Shown here: positions 41,030 through 54,039 of the stretch, piece after piece
Position numbering within the stretch: the first letter of the stretch is position 1
How the letters are laid out: every line of letters starts with the position of its first letter
DNA from: Vicugna vicugna
Lineage: Eukaryota
NCBI GenBank assembly: GCA_013265495.1
Contig: MU058645.1
Location: 1,096,995 to 1,160,994 of the forward strand
Direction: 5' to 3'
Length of the DNA stretch: 64,000 nt
Position numbers and translations under genes: made by a program
Notes under the pieces: generated by a model
Seen by the model: the letters and a program-made list of their open reading frames with translations, nothing else
The model's database searches: none
What the model was told of the DNA's origin: nothing

Positions 41030-41845
41030 TGCTATTCAGATACCATATACTTGTTATCTTCACTCCTCCAAACATCTCTGAGGTAGACCTTATGATCTTA
41101 TAGACAACGAAACAGATTTCAAAGTTAACATGTGCTCAAACCCAATGTGATAGTCTCAATTATTTCTTCCTAATATTTATTTCAGTCCCCTTCTCATGCG
41201 GATGGAGTGACTCGATAATCCAGCTTATCAACCTCAGCACCACTAACATCTGGGGTAGGATAACTCGTTGTCGTGGGGACTGTCCTGTGCACTGTAGGAT
41301 GCTGAGCAGCATCCTTGGCATCTACCCACTAGATACCACTAGTACCTCCTCCAAGTTTTGCCAACTCAAATTATCTTCAGATACTACCAAATGTCCCAGA
41401 GGGGCAAAATCGTCCACAGTTGACAATCACTGGGATAATGGAGTGCCACCGGATTGGAAAAGAGCAGGGGTCTTCCACATGTTTAAGCAGTGTGGCCTGG
41501 CACTGACACTTCAGTGACCTGCCAGGAAAAGAGCATGCTCCAAGTAGCTACCCCTTGGGCTGAGACCAGCAAGAATATACATAAAAAAGATCTAAACCCA
41601 CCCACAGCCGGCCTAGACCAACCTCAGCTAAGCCCAATCAGCAGAACCTCAGCCAACATACGATACAGACTAACAGAGAGTACAGACATCAAGGCTTGTT
41701 ATTTTAAGCCACTGAGTTTTAGGGCCGCTTATTCTGAAGCACTGTTGTGGCAATTGTTGACAAATACAGCCAGGAAGAGGGTTAAGCCAGGATTCAAAAC
41801 CTAGGCCCATCTGGCTCCAAAACCCACTATTACCTCAACTATGTC
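41030..41845. mobile_element. Nested MIR > MLT1-type LTR (about 41147-41768) > MER20
   Basis: MIR halves at about 41030-41140 and 41770-41845 (taagccaggattcaaaacctaggcccatctggctccaaaaccc); LTR end gcttgttattttaagccactgagttttaggg...tgacaaataca. Confidence 0.7.
41221..41431. mobile_element. hAT-Charlie MITE MER20
   Basis: tcaacctcagcaccactaacatctgggg...ggggactgtcctgtgcactgtaggatgctgagcagcatccttggcatctacccactagat...gttgacaatcactg. Confidence 0.9.
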
Positions 41846-42289
41846 ATAGAAAGTTTCCTCTACTGAATTAATATTCCCACCTCCAGGATGTGCTTGGTAC
41901 ACAGCAGAGATGCAATAAAAGTCTGCTTTATTAATAAGTATAAATATTAGTAGATAAATTTGTAAAAATTTTTAATACATTTTCAACAGGCTACTCATAT
42001 TACCTTATTTTCACACCATTAAGCCACTGACTAAAAACCCTTGTGAAGGACACTACACAGCACTGCCCCACTTCACCACCACTGAGTCTAAGACTCTTCT
42101 CCTGTCAGTCCCAGAGCCATACACAGCCAAGTTCAAAACAGTACCTCCAAATTAACACTTACTTTTATAAATAAGTTGCTATTTGCAAACTCAAAATATA
42201 AAAAAATTTTTTTAGAAGTTCAGCAATAACTGAAAGAGTGAGGTTTTCACACAGATATGCACAGCAGAGATTTCTGGTGTACTTCCCAT

Positions 42290-42580
42290 CTACTAGACGC
42301 TATTTTAGGCAGTGAGAATACAGAAACAGACAAAATCCCCACCCGCATGGGGTCTACATTCTGGTAACACTTACACAGTGTAATGGCATTTTCCAAGTGC
42401 TTCACATGTATCAGCTCACTTATAACCCCTCATAACTCTAGAAGAGATTACATTACCTCCATTACAAAGATGAGGAAATTGAGGACCAGGAATGACAAGT
42501 AATCTGCCCAAAGTCATAATACAAGCAGCAGAGCCAGTCAGGGGTATGAGTCCATACTTTTGACTACTATGCTACATTGA
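42290..42580 (-). mobile_element. L2 tail followed by MIR
   Basis: gacaaaatccccacccgcatggggtctacattctgg; ttacaaagatgaggaaattgaggaccagg...aagtaatctgcccaaagtcat. Confidence 0.7.
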
Positions 42581-43013
42581 CCCTTTAAAGTTTTAATATT
42601 AAAGCATTTCCGAGCCAAGCAGGATGAATTCGCTCACAAAATCAAGCTTACATACAAAAGGGGGAGGTGGGAGAGAAGCGTACATATATATAAGGACCTC
42701 TAAGACATATTAAGTGAGCAAAGACACGAGTAAGAAAAACGCGTATTTGTTTCACTGTGGCCAATATCTAATTCATATTTGTGAAATAAAATCTTTTCCC
42801 ATACTGCCAAAATCTGACAGACTGCCTTGTTTTGTTTAATACAATTTTTTAAAGGAGAGACATAGTTCCTAATACTAATAGTAACTAACAGTTACTATTC
42901 ATGTGGTACATACTGATAACCTCAAAGAAAAACCACATGTGCAGATCCTAATTTTGTCAGACAAATTCTTTTAACAGATATTTAAAATCAAGGTATTTAA
43001 AAAAGTGATCTGA

Positions 43014-43160
43014 GCGGGGAGAGTACAGCTCAAGTGGGAGAGAACATGCTTCGCAGGCACAAGGTCCTGGGCTCAATCCCCAGTGCCTCCTCTAAAAATA
43101 AATAAATAAATCTAATTACCACCTACTCCCTGCAAAAACAAAAAAATGAAAAACAAACAA
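43014..43160 (+). mobile_element. tRNA-derived SINE, camelid Vic-1-like
   Basis: ggggagagtacagctcaagtgggagag...ggtcctgggctcaatccccagtgcctcc, (AAAT)n, A tail; imperfect TSD aaaaaagtgatctg / aaaaaagatctg. Confidence 0.9.
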
Positions 43161-43289
43161 AAAAAGATCTGGAGGACCAAAATGGTTTTATACCTACTTC
43201 TTTTCTCCCATGAATTATAGATTTTTCATTTAAAAAGCTTTGATAAAATAAACATTTTTGGGTGCCAAGAGTCATCCACAACTCACACA

Positions 43290-44000
43290 CCCACCTACCT
43301 ATCTGCATGCCCACAGCTGGATGTCTGACTTCAAACTCAACACCACTTTGTAGCTCAGGAACCAGGGATTCGGTTATTCCAAATGATCAAAACCTTTTGA
43401 GTTATTCCTGATTTTCCTTTACATCCACTATCTAATCTACCAGCAAATACTATTGGTACTAAGTTATCAATCTCTGCAGGATCCAAACATTTCTAAGTCT
43501 TCTTGTTCAAGTTCCTCCTGGTCTCCCTGCTGTCACCAATACCCACAGCCTTTCTCCACACAGCAGCCAGAATGAATCTCTTAAAATCCAATGGCTTTCC
43601 ATTTCACTCAGCAGTATACAAAATCCCATCCCTACAGGCCCCTCCGCCAACCTTTTAACCTCACATCTTACCACACTTTCCAAGCATGCTTGTGCCTGTT
43701 ATTGCACTGCTGCTCACTCTGCCTGGAACATTCTCCCCTCGGATGATATTCATGCCTTCCTCCCCATCACTCCATTCGTGACTCTGCATTCCCTTCATTT
43801 TACAAGACTCCTTGACTATAAACACAAGCCACTACTTATCTGCTTACCCCCCTTTTTTTTCCCATAACACTGACTGAACCTAAGAAAATATTAATTTGCT
43901 TATTGTCTGTCTCTGCTACTGCAATGCCTGCTCCACGAGAGCAGAGATGTTTAGTTCACCACTCTACCTGCCTCCTGGAACAACGCCTGTCAAAAGGACC
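43290..44000 (+). mobile_element. L2 fragment
   Basis: ggatgtctgacttcaaactcaac, ctccacacagcagccagaatga, ctctgcctggaacattctcc, ctccacgagagcagaga. Confidence 0.75.
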
Positions 44001-44053
44001 CTTTATGATCACCTGTTAGCCTGGCTTATGATGATGATGTAAGCAAATGAGAG

Positions 44054-44230
44054 CAGTACTTCTCAAACTTCAGCACGCGCCATTATCATCTGTAGGGCTT
44101 GGAAGACAGACTGCTGGGCTTCACTCCCTAGAGCTGCTGATTCAATTAATCTAAGATGGGGCTTGAACATTTACCAGTGCCTAGGAGGTGTGAATACTGT
44201 AGTCCTGGGACCACATTTTCAGAACCACTG
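44054..44230. mobile_element. hAT-Charlie MITE MER5A
   Basis: cagtacttctcaaactt...cagactgctgggcttcactccctagagctgctgattca...gggaccacattttcagaaccactg with matching TIRs. Confidence 0.85.
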
Positions 44231-44569
44231 ATCTAGACAACATCACACGTTCTACCCCAACACATCCATCAGTAACAGTAGTTGATCATACCAATAAATC
44301 TCAACTGGTAGAAGAACAGGAATGGAGTAAAAAGGTGTTCTTCCCTCTGGACCTACACTATAAAACACATCCCTTCTACCCTAAGGCTGTATGGGACATA
44401 TGTCTTTTAAGTTATGCAATATAATGTCACTCTCTGAATAGGATTTTTTTTTTTAAAGAATGGGAACCAGGCAGATCAAGCTTATATCCTCTAACAAGGT
44501 TTTATGCTCTTATGTATCCTATGTTAATGACTACTGCTGAATCCTATCCTTTAGAGTCTAAGTAAGCAG

Positions 44570-45010
44570 ATGAGAAGGCTGATGTCGTTTAGGAGATACT
44601 GAATCACCAAACAGTAGTAGACTCCAATTGGGACAGCTGTCCAGATCACAATTCACCATCCCTGGAATCATCTAATACCCAGGGTAGGTGCAGGGTGGTC
44701 ATATCTAGGTTATGTCAGTTAACCCCAGTCCCTAGTCATGGCAGATTGGTCAAAAATACATTCTCTGTCCTAAGAATCTGAGGTTTGAAGAGAGGTACCG
44801 ATGCCAAATTATGTTAAAAGCAAGGCTCTCAACAGAGAAGGTCTAAACTATGGCTGAGGTTCCCAGAAATGTCTTGCATGGTTCCTCTCTTTTATAAGGT
44901 TTTATTCTCTAACTATTCCTTTAACCCTTTGGATTATATCCAATTATCTTCCAACAAACTATTTCTTTACCTACATTATCCAAAACTGTTTACATATTTG
45001 CAGCCAAAAA
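44570..45010 (+). mobile_element. Old LTR (MaLR/ERVL-like)
   Basis: tcttccaacaaactatttctttacctac...atttgcagccaaaaa terminal pattern; subfamily uncertain. Confidence 0.4.
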
Positions 45011-45463
45011 TATTTATAAAAAGACATTAAAGGTATTAAGTTTTTAAGAAACTGTATTAGAAATGTATCTTATAAAATATCAACATTTTTCCCCATTAAC
45101 CCAAGACATCTATTTTCCATCTCTAGACTAGGATACCATCGATCTAATCAATGAATCTTAGGAGTACACATCACATCTTTTACTTTACAATACTAACTTC
45201 TTGCATTTGCTTTCAGAAGTCCTCTGAAACATAGCAAAAAGCCATCAATTTGCCTTTATATAGTCAATAGGTACTGGATGCCTACTGTGTCAATATTTTG
45301 TGCACTGGGAACACAGCAGTAATAATAAAAACAGGTTCTTGTTTTAAGAATCTTATATTCTGCTGGAGACAACAAACAAATAAAAGAAAAATACCAGATA
45401 ATAAGTGCTACTGCAGAGAAATAAAGAGACAAGTGAAATAATGAGTAACCAGATTGCTTTCAA

Positions 45464-45600
45464 ATTCTTTTTTGGGTTTTTTGGGGGAGTGGGTTAATTA
45501 GGCTTTTATTTATTTATTTTTTAATGGAGGTACTGGGGATTGAACCCAGGACCTGGTGCATGCTAAGCATGTACTCCACCACTGAGCTATACTCTCCGCC
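45464..45600 (-). mobile_element. tRNA-derived SINE, camelid Vic-1-like, inserted in an L2 (about 45250-45860)
   Basis: Minus strand ggagagtatagctcagtggtggagtacatgcttagcatgcaccaggtcctgggttcaatccccagtacctcc; TSD cagattgcttt (45450-45460) / cagactgcttt (45601-45611). Confidence 0.92.
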
Positions 45601-46365
45601 CAGACTGCTTTTAGATAAAATGGTCAAAAGGCCTCTGTGAAGTGACAGTTAAGCTAGAATCTTAAGACAAGAGGAAGCCAGCCAATTAAGATCAGTGTAT
45701 AGCAAACATAAAGATCTTCAGGCTGGGAATAGACTTGACTTATTCTTAGGGGCCAGTGTGACCACAGTGCATTGAGAAAGAGGGATAATCATTTAATGAG
45801 GTCAGAGATAGAAAAGACCGTATCACATAGGGCTTTGTAACAAAAGGCAGCGTTTGGAGCCATTTATAAATTTATCGTATAGTACAAGGAGACCATCCAC
45901 AACAAAATGCTCATAGAGAACAGCTGAGCAAGGGGCTAAGATTAAAAAAAAAAATTTACAAACAGTGATTATCATAAAAACGTTAGCACTGCAAGGAAGC
46001 TAAGCTGTCTTCAGTCTAACTTCTCATTTTACTTAAAGGACCAAATGCTTCTCTGGGGTCTCTGGCTTCTCTGTGCACAGTCAGGTCAAAGACAAAGCTC
46101 TTTCTATAATTCTTGCCTCAATTTGAAATGTAAAATCAAGTCTTTACTATGTGCATTTCCAAAAGTGACAAAGCAGCATTCAAATGAAAACATATTTAAA
46201 AATAAAGTTTAAAAATTATCCATGCTACATTATTCACACCTCTAGCTCCTCATGAAAATATTTTTTAAAGTAGTTGACAATGCTTAAGTATTTTACCACC
46301 AGACAGATCTCCTCCCAAGTACATGAAGCAGGGAAAAAAAAAGAATATAAACAAAATATACTTAC

Positions 46366-46508
46366 ATCTGGGTATTCTTTTACAGGCACATAAAGTTTCT
46401 CTTGTAACTGAACAATAGGTCCCACAGCATCAGGCAATTCTGCACTCCTTTTCTCTGTACTGCCATTTAATGTGTCATTGTACATGTCTTTCCGTACTCT
46501 GCTAATTT
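46366..46508 (-). CDS. QKI: QKI coding exon 2 (143 nt): (E)[47 protein letters not shown], end of QUA1, linker and start of KH domain
   Basis: Translation matches QKI as I recall it; acceptor ttttaacAG|AAATTAGC (AG at 46510-46509), donor CCAGAT|GTAAGT (GT at 46365-46364); overlaps supplied ORF 46234..46485. Confidence 0.98.
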
Positions 46509-46545
46509 CTGTTAAAAGTAAAAATTTTAAATGTGTTAGACAAAA
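46509..46545 (-). promoter_or_regulatory. Branch point and 3' splice site of QKI intron 1
   Basis: Minus strand tgTCTAACacatttaaaaatttttacttttaacAG; yUnAy branch A at about 46536, 28 nt upstream of exon 2. Confidence 0.7.
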
Positions 46546-49500
46546 AAATATTCTTTCTAGCCCAGGAAAAAAAAAATAAGAGGGTAGGGGAGAATTTCAT
46601 TGATAAAGTGTTAAAACTAAAAGAAGTAAAGAACTGTTGACCTATTCTATCATTCTCCAAATTAAGACTACATTTAACAGAACTGTAGCCTTAATTAACT
46701 TCTACCAGAAATCAAATTTATACCAAATAATATATTTTATTAAAACTAAGAGCCCAAGCTCTTAGTCCCTATGATACAGACCAGTTATCTTACCTAATTT
46801 CTCCATGCTTAAACAAAGCCAGTCATCCCAAACGACTGTCTCAGACAAGTAACGACCATAAGAATGCCTATCAGACGAAAGTAATACCAAAGGTTCCTTC
46901 ATACTTCAGAACTAACCTATCCGAACAAGATCTTAACTGGACCACTTCCTCAGACATTTTAGGTATCTTTGGAATATCCCAACAGAGATGTCCAATAGAT
47001 ACATAGTGATTTTAAGTTCAGAAGTCTGAGTCTGTTACACAAACGTATTGATTAAAGCTGAGGAACAGAAGAGATGTCTTAGAGAGGGTATAGGGAGAAG
47101 GAAGAACTGAATCAACCCTAGAAAAAGCAGTAAGGAAAAGATCCAAACCAAGAAGAAATGGAGGTAGACAGAAGAACTAGGGAAGAGGGGCAAAAAAGAG
47201 CTAAGAAATGACAGACTGAAGGACAAGGTGATCAACAGTGTCAAATACCATGGAAGTATGGTAAGGTAAAGAGCAAGAGAGGGTACCTTGGATTTGACCA
47301 CAAAGCCAGTGGTGATTCAGAAGTTCTGAGGAAAAGATAGCATGAAGATTAAACTAAACTGGGTAATCAATGAAATACAAGGGAGAAAGCAGAAATATCT
47401 AAAGTCAATGACTTTAAAAAAAATTATGACAGTTTCAAGGCATAAATATTACTTAAAAAAAAAGCATGAGAAATCTATTTTAATGAATCAAGTCATATAC
47501 AAAGAAATCAATTAATTCTTTCAAGAATTCACTATTAAGCTTTCACAGTATGCTAGAGGACAGGCCCTTGTCCACTGGAATACAATGTCTATTGTATAAA
47601 AAGGGCTGTCATTATTAAATTAGCTGAATGCCTCAGTATGAGAGATCTCCATGTTATAGATTATGTTCTCCCTGGGGAAAAGGCTCATGTCCACTAGCAT
47701 TTAAAAATAAAATCCCTTTAATAATAAAATAAAATAACAAATCTTATCTCTTAAATAACAATTTGCTTATCAAAGTTTACCAAATGTTTATCTCTGAATA
47801 GCAAGTGAAATTTTCCTAAAAATCAAAAGAGGGCACCTTGTATTTAACTACATTATAAAGGCAAGACTTGATTCTTTAAGTGCTTTTTTCTACCTCTACT
47901 TTCATAATGAATCTTTCCTAAAGACATCTAGTACCAAATTAGCATTCATCTTAAATTAGCATATGACAGCAATTCTCAAATCAAGTTTTCAATGACCAAA
48001 TAATAGTTTAAACATAAATGATTAACATAATTATGTAATTACAGCAAGTAATTAACCAAGGGTATTAGAAAATTTTAATCTAATTAAAACTGCACATATA
48101 TTCTGTAGTCCAGATCTCTATATAAAAGCACTTTCAACATTAATTTACTGCATTAAAATTTCAACTACCCAATTCTTGTTAATAACAAGAATTAATAACA
48201 CTCATATAAAAACCTGAGAATAGCATAAAAGGAAACTATAGATAAAATTTGCTTACAAATACAGATGCAAACATCCTAAATGAACAGGCACCAAGAGCAT
48301 ATTGAAAGACTAAAGCACCAAGACAAAGCAGAACTTACAACATGAATGCAAGGATAGTTCAAAATTTAAAAATCTATAAACACAGTAATAGGTTGAAGAA
48401 GAAAAAAATGATTTTTAGGTAAACAAATTTATCAAACTTAGAAAAACCAAGAAAATCAATTGTAAGTAAAAAAAATCAGGTAAGATGACTAGATCCAAAC
48501 ACAAATACACAAAACCCAGTAACTTCATATATCCAATTTGACGATCTCATGGAAGAAAAGGTACATCCTATCACTTAAGTTGTATTTCTATAAACATTTT
48601 GTGATTATTTAAAAAGTCAAAGTTCCATGAAATTGTTAGCTGCTGTATCCTCTGCTCTTACAGTAGTGCCAGGAACACAGTGGGTCCTCAGTTAGTACTT
48701 AGTAAATTAGACGGATGGGTGAATGGAGGGAGCAATGAGCTAGGCTCTAAAGCAATAAAGTTAAACAAGTCATGGTTCTGCTCTCAAAGAACTTGTTTTA
48801 ATGTAACAGGTATGTAAGAAGAGGTATATAAGAAGGTATACCCTTCTAAGGTAGAAGGACAGAAAGAGGTATAGATTAGAGACAGTGGTAGCACAAAAGC
48901 AGGAGTCATCAATTCCACCACAGATAGGGTACCAGGGCTAAGAAAGAAGTCAAGAAGACAGAAACTCTGAATTTGTTTTCTAATGATAGGAGTAAGTGAG
49001 GCAAAATTATAAACAATGTAATTACAAAGTCTACTTTTCTTAAAATTAAAAACTCTTTCTACCATGTTTCTTTCAGTCTCTAAGATACATCACTCAATTT
49101 AGCAACAGAACATAAATTATGCACAAGACAGTACTGATGTGAATGAAAAGGTGACTAAGACAGTTCTAGTTCTCAAGGAATTTACAGTTGTCACTGTGGA
49201 ATCTAACCAGCTGAGTACTACCTTTATCAACAGTACTGTCCTAGCAAGGAAATCATTAGCACTTTCAGCATGTTAATTATGACACTCAAGTCAGAACAAG
49301 TTCTGATTCCAGTTCTAACAGTAACCGTGTGATTTCAGACAAGTCTCTTGCTTGTCTCTGTGCAAGTACCTCCCATGGTTAGAGACTGCTTATTGACTGA
49401 ATCCAACCTCAGTAGGCAAGGACTCATTATTTTCCCTGTTAACTCCAATGTTTTAAAAAGTTTTGTCTCCAAAGATTTTCAGTCTTTAAGGGCTGACAGA

Positions 49501-49879
49501 GTTTCAATTAATGTTATCCTATCATGTTGTATGATCATAATCAAAATACTACAGAAACATGTCATGGGTATGGGTAATGCTCTAATTCCTTAAGTGGTTG
49601 GTTCACAGGTATTTGTTTATGAAACAGGAGTGCTTCAAAACTAGTATGTTTTACATCCTTTTGTTGCATCAAACATTACATGATAATACTCAAATATCCC
49701 TTACTGCCACAATGCTTTCCTCAACCTGCAGCAGTGGTTCAGAGAAGTAAAAGTTCAGAACCATTTGCTTACTCTAGTACAAATTACTAGTATTTGCCTA
49801 GTATAAAAAATAGTATAAAATTTCCACTACAATAACTCCCAAATATCCCCAATATCAAGACAATTTGTTTTAGACATCT

Positions 49880-50060
49880 TCGAAGTTCTCAAATGTTACA
49901 AATTTCACTGAACCAAAATCTTTCCTAAAATTTCTCCCACTCACCCCTGTTCAACACTCCAAAGCTTATAAAACAGGTCAATTGCCTCTTTCATATGACA
50001 GCCCCCCTCAAGTACTTGAAAAGTTCTGTAATACCTAAGTGTCCTCTCCTCTAAGCTATA
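49880..50060 (-). mobile_element. L3/CR1 fragment (may extend to about 51100)
   Basis: cctctttcatatgacagcccccctcaagtacttgaa resembles the antisense L3 3' region. Confidence 0.5.
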
Positions 50061-53000
50061 TAATGGCATGGTTTTATACCTTCCCACTCATTTAGACACA
50101 GTCCATTTGTCTGTGTTCCTTTTAAAACGGAAAATCCTGTACTGCACACATCATTCCCTGACAAACAAGGAGCACTCAGACTGAGGCTGCCTACCTCCAG
50201 CACCAAACACTCCACTTTCACTGCACACTGAATACCTTCACTTCTTTGGCAAGCATGTCGCACTACCGACAACGCAGTGGTGCTAAGCCATATTCCATAC
50301 TTCTACAACTATTCAAACACCAACAGACAATTCAATTTTTTTTTCCTGGTTGTTTTCTACTAGACTAATACCTTCAGACTGATATTAATCTGTCAGTTGA
50401 CATTCTTTAGGGATGACTACTCAGAGTCAAGGATCCAACTAACTGTAATTTCATAGCACACACATTTCTCTAGCCTGCACATTAAAATTTAGGCACACCT
50501 TATCATCTGTTTGACATCTCAACTACACTAGAACTGGAAACCTCCTCTGGATCCACCAGAGTATAAACAGGAAATAACTGCTTTTGGAATGTACAGGTTG
50601 TGCCCTCAAGTTGAGAATATGCATTTTTCAGCTCTGGGGAGTATTCACCTCTCCAGCGTTCAGGTTCCTCTCATTTTCCATGTTTTCTTGCATTGGCAAT
50701 GATCACACTTTTTCATATTTCAGTATCCTGAAAACTATTTTTGTTTAGGCCTGAAAACTTGTTTTGGTTATATACTACTTACTGTCTCCTTACATTTCTC
50801 TGCTTTAATTATCTTGATATTTTTCCTTTGCCAAACTAAAGCTCAATTATCAGTCAGTGAATTCTGCTCCTAAGAGAAGAGGGAAAACAGTCATTGCACA
50901 GTTCTGTTTTATATAACCTATTAATATTGTATCATCAGCCCTAAGTCTTTTCCCTTTCCCTTAATTCACCTAACTATGGATTTGACTAAAAGCCTGTTTT
51001 AAAATCATTCTTACATTTCACAAGCCTTAAGCTCATTTTTGCTTTTAGCTTTTCCATTACCACCACTTTTATTATATCTGAATTATTAGATGTGCATCCC
51101 ATCCACTGCCACCTTAACATTTTAAATAGTCTTTTAAAATCTGAATTATTGGCTTAACTAGCAGTTCAACTACTCTGTGGAAAAGCAGAATGTCAGAATT
51201 AAGGACTATAGGAAGAAACACTAAAAAACAGAAAAAAAAACACACTGATAAATCTAAATTACAAAATTAAGTAGTCATTTTCAAAGATAGATAGATAATG
51301 GCTATGTATAAATTCAATGCTGCAGGGTTGGAAAACTAGATAAAGAATAAAATATAGCCTATTTTACTCTGTGGTTTAGAATTTTTTTCAACAAATTTAA
51401 AACAGAAAATAAAAATTAGTTAATGAAATACAAAAAATAGTTATTAGCTCAGTAGTAAACAAACAAAAATCTAATGATACACAAGTAATATTTTAAAAAT
51501 GCATAAAAGAATTATTTTCAGAATTTTTAACAATCCAAATTAAAAGACAACTTTTCAAAACACTGAAAAATTTTTCATATAAACTACATCTTATTCACAG
51601 TGTGTGGGAGCTAATTTCAATTGCTCAACTGACTATGCTGATGTTATAGACATATATATTTTTTATTTGGGCATCTATCTTTTTATTTGAGTCTCACATT
51701 TAAACTCATCAAAAAATTACCTTATCAATGTAATACAGGAAAAAAAAGGTTACAGTGTCATTTGACCATTAATGTCTCTTTTTTTAATTTAACATTTTCT
51801 ATTAATTTATTCAGTAAAGTAAGAGCTACCTACTTATAGAAATATATATGCTTTGATGTACATAGTATAAGTTTCATAAGCAAAGTTAAAATGACAGCTT
51901 TCATCATTCCAAATAAAGATTAAATGGGATCTATTATTTTCTCACTATCTGAAACCTGTCTCTTGCTGTACACTAAAGAGGTACACTAACACAAAAAGCA
52001 AGGTAAAATTTGGTTAAGTCTTAAATAACAAATTATTAGTCTCTATTTACATGATATTCATTAAACTTCATGACAATAACATCAGGAGTCTATTTCTACA
52101 TAACTGGCACTGTATGAAGGGGTGGCTGTTATGTGCCCTGATGGACTTCGGGGCAACAAACATCTCTTCTGAAAATAGAAACCGCTAATCCATGGTTTAC
52201 TAAATACAGGGAAAGTTTTAAAGATATTTTGAGCAGAGCAAAACCCACAGAATAATGTAACTTCACTGTGATCTTTTTAAAAAGCCACATCCACAACGTA
52301 CAGAAAACAAATGAATTAAAAAGCAGATTACTCGAGAATATGCACCATTTAATGGAATATATTTTGCTTACTCAACCTAATATATTAAATGTGATTTAAT
52401 TTTGAGGCAACTACATTGAAACTGGCAAGAAAAAAATCAAGCTACCTACTGGTAATAATCTAGATGGGACTTTTTTTCAGTTAAACTATATTTTGTACTT
52501 CAGAATTATAAGCACAAAAAGAAGAACTACAAAAAAATTAAAGTCAACAGTTCTCGTTTAAACTGCCAAAATTAACAATTCTTCAAAACTGTTGACAAAT
52601 TTCACATAAAAAATATGAAACAGTCCATCCTAGTTTCATGATTGTTCTCAGCAGCAGTTTTGTACTGTGAAAGATACTTAATAATAGCTACATTTCCCTG
52701 GAAAGGCTCCTTCAAAGGCCACAGAAAAGAATGTTACATGATCCAATTTATACTAAGTATGTGAATTTCTAGATAGACACACAGAAGTCAAAAAAAGGAT
52801 ATAACAGCTATTAACAGTAATCATCTCTGGGAGATGGATTTACAGGGACAACTTAGCTTTCACAATACTATATTATTTTTCGTTACGATTAATAACATTT
52901 AGAAAATAATAAAGATATTCTCATTAGAATGACAGGAAGTATTTTAAGTCAAAATGCTGCATATAATATTGGATTCTTCATATAAAATTATAATAAGGAT

Positions 53001-54039
53001 TAAGTCACTAACTCCCAAGTTAAAAATAAACCACAAAGACCTATCTATGTTTTTTAACTTATCAGCACCTCCACAATGCTAAAATATTTGAATTACCACG
53101 TGATCTTCACAGAATCTGAGGTAGCACAAATTTTAATACCCATTTTAACAAAAAAAGGAAGAAAGAAAGGAAGGAAATGTTCAGAGATTAAAGAATTTGT
53201 CCAAGGTAACAACTAGTCTATTCAGGGTTTCATAAAGGACTTTCCAGAATAAGAAGCCCTTAAAACTTACTAAGAGATAGTAATTAGTGAATGGAAAATA
53301 AGAAAGTAGAACAAACAACTTTTGGTTTATTGCTAGCCACACTTTTAACTAGTGGAGTCCAATATGTTCCTGTTTCACTAGTGACTACCAAAAAATCTTT
53401 GCAGCCCTCCTGCTCTTTCAGCCCATGCTAACAGAAGGCAGTTTTGTGGATGAAATCTAAGGCCTGATTCCTAGAAGAATGACAATCCTAAATGAAGAAA
53501 TGGATACTGCTGGTATACAAAAAGGCAAAACAGGCTATTAAAAGAACAGAACAGAGTGGGGGAAAGCATTTTTTAAGTGATAAAAATCAACTATTTAATT
53601 GCAATAGGCATCCTTTCTCATTTAAATTGGATTTTTTTGGAGGTTAGTCAGTTTTAAATCTGGTTAGTTTTATATATTATATATTATTTGTTTAAAAATC
53701 TTGCCTTCTGGTCATTTAATCTTTTAGAATACTCAAGGGAAACCAGTCCTTATCTCTATATAACAGAGTTTGAGAAATCTGAAGACTATGTAACAGTAAA
53801 GTGGTAGATATCAGAATCCAAGTAAACTTAATACTTGAGAATCTAGCAATTTTTATTAATGACTCTTTTCCCAACTCTTTTAAAATTTCTGGAAGTTAAT
53901 AAACTCAAAGAAATGGAAATGGGAAACCAGGATACAGGAGTGGAAGAGAGACTTTTCACCATATAGACTCTTAGCAGGCCTTTGAATTTTTAATCATCTC
54001 AGTGAATTTACTTTTCAAAAATAAATAACATGTTTGAAG

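Noticed and set aside
43014..43090. tRNA-like sequence (also 45525-45600 and 26105-26172)
   Set aside because: Followed by AAAT linker, A tail and TSDs: SINE heads, not tRNA genes
46234..46365. C-terminal half of the 83-aa ORF ([11 protein letters not shown]...)
   Set aside because: Read-through past the exon 2 donor into intron 2; not QKI protein
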